Positions 57,579 through 64,000 of a stretch of DNA of 64,000 nt are shown here, in pieces (the first letter of the stretch is position 1; each line of letters opens with the position of its first letter). The position numbers and the translations under genes were made by a program. Source of the DNA: a virus (taxonomy: Duplodnaviria > Heunggongvirae > Uroviricota > Caudoviricetes); the IMG/VR virus record IMGVR_UViG_3300017987_000047. One strand, given 5' to 3'. Below the pieces are notes generated by a model. It did not search any database. It saw only the letters and a list, made by a program, of their open reading frames with translations, and had not been told where the DNA came from.

Positions 57579-58208
57579 TTAATCTTTTAGAAATTCCATC
57601 TCCAGGTGAGGGTAGTGTTCTTCAGCATGACAATTTGCACAAAGTAAAACACATTTGTCAGCCTCTTTTAATATTGAATCCCATTTCCGGGTTAAATTTC
57701 GTGCTGATAATGGAAAATTTTTATGTTTCATATGATGGAGAGTAAGACATCTTAAATCCTTTTCTTCACAGATAGAGCACTCTCCCCCTTTCATCCTAAT
57801 TATTTTTTCTCTTCGATTTTTCATTTTTCTCTTCATTAAGAAATTTCTTTGACAAGTTTTCGAACAATACTTTTTCATTGGAACAAAAACAGGGTTTCCA
57901 CAAAATAAACATGTCCCCTCTTTTGGAAAGCGAGAATGTATTTCAAAAGATATATGTTTTTTTGAGTGGCAATTTACACATAATAAAACACATTTTTTAG
58001 CTTCCTTTATAATAATCTCCCATTTTCTAGATGCTATAACATCTACTGAGAGCTTTAATCTTTTTTGAGCTGGGTCTTTATGGTGAAAAACTAGAGCAGC
58101 TAGGTTTTTTTGGTATCCACATGCGGAACATTTATGGCCTTTAAGTTTGACCAGCTTTAATTTCCTATCTATTTTTTTCTGCTTCCTTTGTTCCTCGTAC
58201 TTCGTCAT
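57579..58208 (-). CDS. Tandem-HNH homing endonuclease
   Basis: Two CxxC..L.[FL]HH..KCVLLC.NCH modules. Confidence 0.85.
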   Translation of the reverse strand: MTKYEEQRKQKKIDRKLKLVKLKGHKCSACGYQKNLAALVFHHKDPAQKRLKLSVDVIASRKWEIIIKEAKKCVLLCVNCHSKKHISFEIHSRFPKEGTCLFCGNPVFVPMKKYCSKTCQRNFLMKRKMKNRREKIIRMKGGECSICEEKDLRCLTLHHMKHKNFPLSARNLTRKWDSILKEADKCVLLCANCHAEEHYPHLEMEFLKD

Positions 58209-58257
58209 CTATTTCTTTTTCGCCAAAGCTGCTATAAAAACTGAGCTCTCTACTACA

Positions 58258-58504
58258 CTCGCCCGGTGGGATTCGAACCCACGACCCTCGGATTCGTCAC
58301 ACTATAGCTTTCGCTACCACTTACGTGTTTGTGCGCTGGACTTTCTCTTCGCCTTATCCTTTTTGGACTTAGGCGGCCCCCGTCAAGTCTCTACACCTTC
58401 CTCATTTCTAAGGCTTGGCTCGGGATTGCCATCAGCATTACCTGTTAAGGGTTCCCCGAATTTGAGGGCATTGCACGGTACTCTGGCCACTGAGCTACGG
58501 GCGA
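58258..58504 (-). pseudogene. tRNA (probably Asn) interrupted by a group I intron; anticodon and 5' splice region missing
   Basis: TCGCCCG/CGGGCGA acceptor with G73; D arm at 58479-58497; 3' exon AATCCGA..T arm at 58258-58294. Confidence 0.75.
58295..58478 (-). ncRNA. Group I intron core (IC3-like), lacking P1 and half of P2
   Basis: P AAATTCGGGGAA, Q AATCCCGAGCCAAG, R GTAGAGACT, S AAGAGAAAGTCC, terminal G. Confidence 0.85.
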
Positions 58505-58552
58505 TTACTTTTATACGCTAAATTCTCCTTTCATTCTTAAAACTTGTTTTAA

Positions 58553-58632
58553 TGGGCCGGGCAGGATTTGAACCTGCGTAGGCTAACGCCAACGGGGTTA
58601 GCCGAACGCTCTGCCAATTGAGCTACGGATGA
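58553..58632 (-). pseudogene. Chimeric tRNA: Asn-like 5' half fused to long-variable-arm (Leu-like) 3' half
   Basis: Good D and T arms, but acceptor halves (TCATCCG vs CCGGCCC) and anticodon stem halves do not pair. Confidence 0.7.
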
Positions 58633-58655
58633 TTATTTCTCTTTTCTCGAACTCA

Positions 58656-58747
58656 TGGGAGACGGAGGAATCGAACCCCTACACCTATTCCACTGTTCTA
58701 CTTGGGTTAGGTACCAGATCTACAGTCTGGCGAACAGATCGTCTCCC
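58656..58747 (-). tRNA. D-armless 8/4 tRNA-Tyr(GUA)-like RNA
   Basis: GGGAGACG/CGTCTCCC; CCAGA-CTGTAGA-TCTGG; GGGG-TTCGATT-CCTC; A73. Confidence 0.7.
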
Positions 58748-58765
58748 AAAACCTTTCTAAACGAA

Positions 58766-58836
58766 CTCACCCGCTGAGAATTGAACTCAGATCAACGGTT
58801 TAACAGACCGCCACATTACCATTATGCTACGGGTGA
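58766..58836 (-). tRNA. tRNA-Asn(GUU)
   Basis: TCACCCG/CGGGTGA; GCGGT-CTGTTAA-ACCGT; G73. Confidence 0.92.
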
Positions 58837-58844
58837 CTAATAAC

Positions 58845-59714
58845 TTACTTCTTCCAAACCACTTCCTGAATATCCCTGTTAAAATCGATTCCTTGAAAAT
58901 CGGTAACAATGTTTGCTTGTTCTAATAAGTCTCTCACTTCATCTCGTACTTTCCTAATCTCTTTTGCTACCCGGGGAGATATTTTCTTTATCCTCATAAT
59001 CTGTTCGTCCGTGATTTTCTCAAAAGTCCCGGTTTCTCCTCTCCGCCAGAACTCATCGACCTGTGTCGATTTAATAATCTCTAAAATCTCGCTTATTTCA
59101 TCGAATTGGTCATAAACCATAATATCTTGGGAGGACCACTTTCGAACTTTAATTGTTATGGTAACCCTTTCTCCCTTAATCCTATCCGTTATTACCTTCG
59201 TTTTTGTTAAATGCTTTGCTTCTTTATATAATTTTTTCCGGTATTCCGTAAAAAACTGGACAGGGTTAAACTTTTTATTTCCGTTCAACCATCTTTTCAG
59301 ATAACTTTGAAACTTCTCATGCTCGTAGAGGGTTTCAAATTCGTCCAGCTTCTTAAATTTTTCTTGAACTCTTCCTTTAATAAAGGCTCTAATTTTTTTA
59401 TTTTCGTTTGTGAGAAGCATATTTAACGATGCTTCTTTTAATTCCAGCTCTCCCTTTTTGATTGCTGTTTCGTAATACTGCTTTATATGATGCTCAAACG
59501 TGTAATCAATTGGTCCAGAAAAACGGTGATATACATAACGGTGATAACTATCATTATTTCTGGCACCAGAAGAGGAGATTAAAACAAGAACCCCTGGGGT
59601 GGCATAACAAAAATCAGGGCGACATCCTGCTTCTTTATACCCAAACCGTACCGAGAATGGGTGCTCTTCTTTTTTGCGCCACAACAGTTGAAATAGTTTA
59701 TACTTCTGTACCAT
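58845..59714 (-). CDS. Hypothetical protein with internal motif copy
   Basis: LLTNENKKIRAFIK at apparent domain junction; start moved off tRNA. Confidence 0.6.
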   Translation of the reverse strand: MVQKYKLFQLLWRKKEEHPFSVRFGYKEAGCRPDFCYATPGVLVLISSSGARNNDSYHRYVYHRFSGPIDYTFEHHIKQYYETAIKKGELELKEASLNMLLTNENKKIRAFIKGRVQEKFKKLDEFETLYEHEKFQSYLKRWLNGNKKFNPVQFFTEYRKKLYKEAKHLTKTKVITDRIKGERVTITIKVRKWSSQDIMVYDQFDEISEILEIIKSTQVDEFWRRGETGTFEKITDEQIMRIKKISPRVAKEIRKVRDEVRDLLEQANIVTDFQGIDFNRDIQEVVWKK

Positions 59715-59728
59715 TGTTCCATCTCCTA

Positions 59729-59802
59729 AGTCCCTGGTGGGATTTGAACCCACGGTTTTCTGATCTGCAATCAGACGCCTTTGGCCTCTTGGCTACAGGG
59801 AC
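59729..59802 (-). tRNA. tRNA-Cys(GCA)
   Basis: TCTGA-TTGCAGA-TCAGA; U73. Confidence 0.92.
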
Positions 59803-59804
59803 AG

Positions 59805-60191
59805 TCATAAAAGTTTTAGATGGCCGGTAATAAGATCTACTTTATTACCTCCCGCTGGCCCAACTGCAACAGCTGTTTTAGTAGCTTTCCCTCCAAATTC
59901 GGTTTTGCCTGCATCTTCGATAAGCGAAACTGGAAGTCCTTCATCTTTTGCTTTCTGGTATATTTCAAGGAGTTCTTCTTCGCTCTCTACTCCAACAGCT
60001 ATTTTAGTAAAGGAGTTGGAAACCCAAGAAAGCATTTCTTCATTAAGGTATCCAATTGTAATAGTATCTTTCTCTACCTCTTTAATGCGGTTGAAGAAAA
60101 TGGCTAAGGATGCGTGGGCTCCCTGAGCCACCATTTTTCCTTTGCGCATTTTTAAATCTTTTCGTAATACTATTACTTGTTTACTTTCCAT
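59805..60191 (-). CDS. pth2: Peptidyl-tRNA hydrolase Pth2
   Basis: KQVIVLRKDLKMRKGKMVAQGAHAS, DAGKTEF, VGP, ITGHLKLL. Confidence 0.93.
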   Translation of the reverse strand: MESKQVIVLRKDLKMRKGKMVAQGAHASLAIFFNRIKEVEKDTITIGYLNEEMLSWVSNSFTKIAVGVESEEELLEIYQKAKDEGLPVSLIEDAGKTEFGGKATKTAVAVGPAGGNKVDLITGHLKLL

Positions 60192-60204
60192 TTTTTCTTC
60201 TCAG

Positions 60205-60294
60205 CAGATCGGGTGGGATTCGAACCCACGAAGGTCATTAAAACGCCTTACTGGTCCTCCAAACCAGCGCCATAGTCCACTCGGCCACCGATCT
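60205..60294 (-). tRNA. tRNA-Ser(GGA)
   Basis: CTGGT-TTGGAGG-ACCAG; long variable arm; G73. Confidence 0.9.
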
Positions 60295-60319
60295 GTTATA
60301 GTTAAATTTAGTTAAAGGG

Positions 60320-60515
60320 AACTTTTGTGTGTTCGTTAGCTACTAATTCGGAAACTATTAAAGTAGTAAAAGTAACGACACACGACATTCGAGGTGCTAG
60401 AGTAATAAACCCCGCGTGAGTTGGGTGTGTATGAGCGATTTGAGATATCTGCTCGTGCCGTTACCATTACAAGCTCCAAATTTAGTTAGGATGCCAAACT
60501 TACATTTATTACTGA
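60320..60515 (-). ncRNA. Candidate structured non-coding RNA
   Basis: Gap in the minus-strand gene run containing several complementary stems. Confidence 0.4.
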
Positions 60516-60537
60516 ATAGATTAACGGATTATTACAA

Positions 60538-61014
60538 TTATTTTTCTTTTTCTTTTGTTTGCTCTAAAATGCTGTTGAAACTGCAGTCCCTAAATACGAT
60601 ACTCCCATTCTTAAAAAGGGTATTAAATTGGCATTCTATACCCTCGGAGGCAAAGATAGGGCGTCTCTGGGAAGGGCCTCCTAGGTTAAGGTAACAACTA
60701 CTGATTTCGGCAATGTTAAAATAAAGGAAGCGTGCTTCTCCAAAAAGACTTAGGTCTTCAATCCAGGTAGTGCCAAGGAAAAAAAGAGGCTTATCAATAT
60801 AAATAGGAGTTTTCTCCTTTTTTCCTCTGAAATGGGCATCGTCTAAAAAGACCGTTGTCTTTTCAAACCGCTTCCTATGTGGGGATAGCAAAAAAGGCTC
60901 TGCCACGACTTCAACTTTTTTTGAACTTCCCAAAGCTCCTTTTGCAACCTTTCGGATATAGGGATCGTCGTGGGTGGTTAGGGTTACTAATTTTCTAAAA
61001 AGCGGTTTTTTCAT
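60538..61014 (-). CDS. Hypothetical protein with N-terminal motif
   Basis: LTTHDDPYIRKVAK. Confidence 0.6.
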   Translation of the reverse strand: MKKPLFRKLVTLTTHDDPYIRKVAKGALGSSKKVEVVAEPFLLSPHRKRFEKTTVFLDDAHFRGKKEKTPIYIDKPLFFLGTTWIEDLSLFGEARFLYFNIAEISSCYLNLGGPSQRRPIFASEGIECQFNTLFKNGSIVFRDCSFNSILEQTKEKEK

Positions 61015-61645
61015 TATGGTGAAATTTTTTATAGTAGGCTTCCACTTGTCCGTTCATTTTAGAATGTGCGAAGATTTTACCATGAACGAATAAGTCGTTG
61101 GGAAGACTTTCAATCTCCGTATAAACTATATACAACGCACCCCTAACTCTAAGGGTTTTTGGCAGCTGCTTTATTCTTGTACGGGAAATACAAAGGCTTC
61201 CAGCTATTTCCAAATCATCTGCAAGCTCTTCTAGCCTGGAACCTTCAAGGTTTAGGCTCCCTCCTAGCTTCCTAAGTTTCGGAAACTTTTTTATTGGGGT
61301 ATATTCTAAATTAAGATTGCCCCCAATATAAATTGAATCGTGAATTTTTGATATGTTCGAAAAGCGCGCAAGAAGATGGAACCCTACCGACAGGTACGGG
61401 GGCAACTCCGTAATCTCTAAAACATCAAGTCTTAGCGATTGCTTTACCACTAAAGTTTCGGGTAACTTTTTTATTGGGTTGTTGCGAAGATCAAGACTTC
61501 CTTCAACACATAAACCGTTAGGCAGTTTAGAAACGCCAGTCCCAGAAAGATTCAAAGAATCCTTAATATAAAGTCCCTCTCCAGCAAGCCATCGCTTTGC
61601 TAGGTTTCGAATCTTTGGGTCTTTATGAGTTGCTAAAGTATGCAT
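60995..61645 (-). CDS. Leucine-rich-repeat protein with N-terminal motif
   Basis: LATHKDPKIRNLAK, then LxLxxxxIxxLPxxLxVxG repeats. Confidence 0.75.
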   Translation of the reverse strand: MHTLATHKDPKIRNLAKRWLAGEGLYIKDSLNLSGTGVSKLPNGLCVEGSLDLRNNPIKKLPETLVVKQSLRLDVLEITELPPYLSVGFHLLARFSNISKIHDSIYIGGNLNLEYTPIKKFPKLRKLGGSLNLEGSRLEELADDLEIAGSLCISRTRIKQLPKTLRVRGALYIVYTEIESLPNDLFVHGKIFAHSKMNGQVEAYYKKFHHNEKTAF

Positions 61646-61706
61646 TTCCCTTTTAATACGTTTTTTTAATGCTTCCTTCTCTATTAAATATATTATGAGG
61701 TCCTGT

Positions 61707-61729
61707 AGAAAAACGTAAGATTTTTTAGG
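61707..61729 (+). repeat. Left copy of 23-bp inverted repeat
   Basis: AGAAAAACGTAAGATTTTTTAGG; 21/23 identical to reverse complement of 63517-63539. Confidence 0.7.
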
Positions 61730-61789
61730 AAAACTTGGGGTATAATTTCATATATATAAACTAGTTTTTCCAAGAGAAAGGGTTTAATA

Positions 61790-62896
61790 ATGGGCGTTCC
61801 TTTTATCGATCTTAAGAGACAACATAAAATTATAGAGGCGGAACTCTCCGAAAAATTTAAGGAGATCCTGGATAATACTGCTTTTATTCGGGGTTTTGGG
61901 GTGAAAAGGTTTGAAGAGGCTTTCGCGAAGTACCTTGGCGTTAACCACTGTGTTGGTTGTGGAAATGGGACAGACGCATTATACTTGGCACTCCGCGCAT
62001 TTGATATTGGGGAGGGGGACGAGGTTATAACACAAGCAAATACTTTCTTCGCCACTCCCGAAGCTATTAGCTTGACAGGCGCTACCCCGGTATTTGTTGA
62101 CTGTGATCAATACGGCTTAATGGATGTTTCTCAACTGGAATCCCGGATAACAGAAAAGACAAAGGTCATTCTTCCCGTACACCTTTTTGGGCAGATATGT
62201 GATATGCCTCAAGTTATGGAGCTTGCGGAGAAACATAACCTTATTGTTATTGAGGATGCTGCGCAGGCACATGGAGCAACTCAAAATGGTAAAAGGGCTG
62301 GATCTTTCGGGCATGCTGCGTGCTTCTCTTTCTACCCAAGTAAAAATTTAGGAGCTTGTGGGGATGCTGGCGCAGTTGTGACAAACGACCCCAAGATTGC
62401 GGAAGCGGTTATGAGTATTGGGGATCATGGTTCTTTTAAGAAATTTTCTCATCTCAAGGTTGGGGTAAATTCCCGTATGGATGGCTTCCAGGGTGCGGCT
62501 TTAGAGATCAAATTAAAGTATCTCGATACTTGGAATGCTTCCCGAGCAAAAGCAGCGGAGAGATATAATGAAAAGCTAGCAGAGGTAGAACAAGTAACTA
62601 TTCCGGAAATTGTTGATTCAAATACGTCTGTTTGGCATCTTTATATAATCCAGGTAGAGAATCCAAATGACCTCCATAATTACTTAAAACAAAAAGAGAT
62701 TTTCACAGGTTTCCATTATCCTACCCCTTGCCATTTACAGCCCGCCTTAAAGGATTTGGAGTATAGAGAAGGGGATTTTCCAGAGGCAGAAAAGAGAGCA
62801 CAAAAACAGTTATCCCTCCCAATGTTTGACCATATGAATGATTCAGAAGTAGATGAAGTAGTAGCGGCTATCAAGTCCTACTTTAGGGAGGTTTAG
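61790..62896 (+). CDS. DegT-family sugar aminotransferase (WbpE/FdtB-like)
   Basis: NGTDAL, EDAAQAHG, SFYPSKNLG, NSRMD. Confidence 0.93.
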   Translation: MGVPFIDLKRQHKIIEAELSEKFKEILDNTAFIRGFGVKRFEEAFAKYLGVNHCVGCGNGTDALYLALRAFDIGEGDEVITQANTFFATPEAISLTGATPVFVDCDQYGLMDVSQLESRITEKTKVILPVHLFGQICDMPQVMELAEKHNLIVIEDAAQAHGATQNGKRAGSFGHAACFSFYPSKNLGACGDAGAVVTNDPKIAEAVMSIGDHGSFKKFSHLKVGVNSRMDGFQGAALEIKLKYLDTWNASRAKAAERYNEKLAEVEQVTIPEIVDSNTSVWHLYIIQVENPNDLHNYLKQKEIFTGFHYPTPCHLQPALKDLEYREGDFPEAEKRAQKQLSLPMFDHMNDSEVDEVVAAIKSYFREV

Positions 62897-62900
62897 CCCC

Positions 62901-63506
62901 ATGAATTCAGATGTTTTTATTCACCCCACTGCCTTAGTTTCTGAATTGGCGAAAATTGGTAAAGGGACTAGGATATGGGCTTTCGCAAATATTCAGGACG
63001 GCGTTGAGATTGGCGAAAATTGTAATATTTGTGACGGGGTCTTTATTGAGAAAGGTGTCTCCATTGGAAATGGTTGCACTATAAAGAATGGGGTTTATCT
63101 TTGGGCGGATATGAAACTTGGGGATAACGTCTTTGTAGGCCCAAACGTAACTTTCACAAACGATGAAATGCCTCGATCGCACCCGGATTACATAACTCTC
63201 CCTAATGATTGGCAACCTAATATTATAGGGGATGGGGCTACCATCGGCGCAGGAGCTGTTCTTTTGCCTGGGGTAAGTGTTGCGGAGTGGGCTTTTGTTG
63301 CTGCTGGGGCTGTTGTTACAAGTAATGTCCCTCCTTATACGTTAGTTAAGGGAGTTCCTGCGAAGGAAGATAGGTTAATCTGCCGGTGTGGCTCATATCT
63401 TATAAAAAAGGAACCTTATAATATAACTCTTCAATATGAATGTTGCAGTTGTGACTTAAAAATCGACCTCACTCGGGTTCCTCCGGAAGTCGAACAAGCC
63501 TACTAG
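62901..63506 (+). CDS. Hexapeptide-repeat sugar N-acyltransferase (WbpD/FdtC-like)
   Basis: IHPTA, hexapeptide repeats, GPNVTFTND..PRS, GVPA. Confidence 0.9.
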   Translation: MNSDVFIHPTALVSELAKIGKGTRIWAFANIQDGVEIGENCNICDGVFIEKGVSIGNGCTIKNGVYLWADMKLGDNVFVGPNVTFTNDEMPRSHPDYITLPNDWQPNIIGDGATIGAGAVLLPGVSVAEWAFVAAGAVVTSNVPPYTLVKGVPAKEDRLICRCGSYLIKKEPYNITLQYECCSCDLKIDLTRVPPEVEQAY

Positions 63507-63516
63507 TTTTTAGATA

Positions 63517-63539
63517 CCTTAAAATTCTTACGTTTTTCT
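63517..63539 (-). repeat. Right copy of 23-bp inverted repeat
   Basis: Reverse complement AGAAAAACGTAAGAATTTTAAGG. Confidence 0.7.
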
Positions 63540-63608
63540 TTGGGGTCTCCCAATATATAACGGGTATTGGTACTTTTTCTACTTATTCCCAGGAAAAAGA
63601 GTGCCCAA

Positions 63609-64000
63609 ATGGATATCAGCAGTGGTTCAGGTTATCCTAGCTCTTCCTTAAGTAATTTCGCACCCCATCCTTTTGTTTTAGATGGGGTGGAGTGTAAATC
63701 AATGGAGGGCTTCTTACAATCACTTAAATTTGATAAACCACATATTCAGGTCGAAGTTTGTAAGCTTGTTGGCAAAGCTGCTAAATTCCGGGGCGGGAAA
63801 CGAAATAAAGCTTGGAAAAGTTCACAAACCCTTTGGTGGCAAGGGGTCGAATACCCTCGGAATTCGGATGAATATCAAGAGCTGCTGGACCGTGCGTACA
63901 ACGCTTTAGCTGAGAATCCTAGTTTCCAACGAGCGTTATTAGCATCAAAAAATGCAGTGTTCACTCACAGCATCGGCAAGTCTAAGAAAAGTGAAACAGT
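63609..64000 (+). CDS. T4 gp30.3-like (NADAR-related) protein, partial
   Basis: Manual translation LSNFAPHPFVLDGVECKSMEGFLQSLK...TLWWQG...FTHSIG. Confidence 0.75.
   Translation, partial: MDISSGSGYPSSSLSNFAPHPFVLDGVECKSMEGFLQSLKFDKPHIQVEVCKLVGKAAKFRGGKRNKAWKSSQTLWWQGVEYPRNSDEYQELLDRAYNALAENPSFQRALLASKNAVFTHSIGKSKKSET

Noticed and set aside
58147-58521. Plus-strand 124-aa ORF and other short antisense ORFs in the track
   Set aside because: They are shadows of tRNAs, the intron or well-supported genes on the opposite strand
46902-61645. The shared tag as a DNA repeat or recombination site, or as true HEAT solenoids
   Set aside because: Codons differ in the copies compared, and each protein has only one copy
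1-64000. Wholesale TAG or TGA recoding
   Set aside because: Coding density is high in code 11 and conserved enzymes end properly at TAG or TGA
1-64000. CRISPR array or rRNA
   Set aside because: No regularly spaced repeats or rRNA-like sequence seen

Overview
AT-rich 64-kb segment that reads as part of a very large (jumbo/huge) bacteriophage genome in standard code 11. Evidence: dense small hypothetical ORFs, 14 CCA-less tRNA or tRNA-like loci scattered between genes, freestanding HNH nucleases, a fibre-like structural protein, a T4 gp30.3-like gene, Pth2 and an HD hydrolase, and no housekeeping operons. The left ~43 kb is an unusually large soluble glycosylation and sulfation locus: about 12 glycosyltransferase genes (one a 1636-aa multidomain enzyme), 6 sulfotransferases, methyltransferases, nucleotide-sugar enzymes (one intein-split), glnA and purA, with no flippase, polymerase or priming transferase visible. 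A frameshifted tnpB sits inside it, with a guide that is the start of a sulfotransferase gene. The right ~20 kb is a minus-strand tRNA/accessory region. Its most striking feature is that 14 mostly unrelated small proteins each carry one copy of a ~14-aa motif, [LFY]-L-T-[SDHN]-x-x-[PK]-x-[ILV]-R-x-x-A-K, usually at a terminus, which looks like a portable targeting or docking tag. The same region has an amber-suppressor tRNA, a D-armless 8/4 tRNA-Tyr-like RNA with a pseudoknot, a damaged group I intron-containing tRNA next to a tandem HNH gene, a chimeric tRNA, a candidate structured ncRNA, and an inverted-repeat-flanked sugar-modification cassette. All calls are by eye from sequence motifs; no database searches were run.
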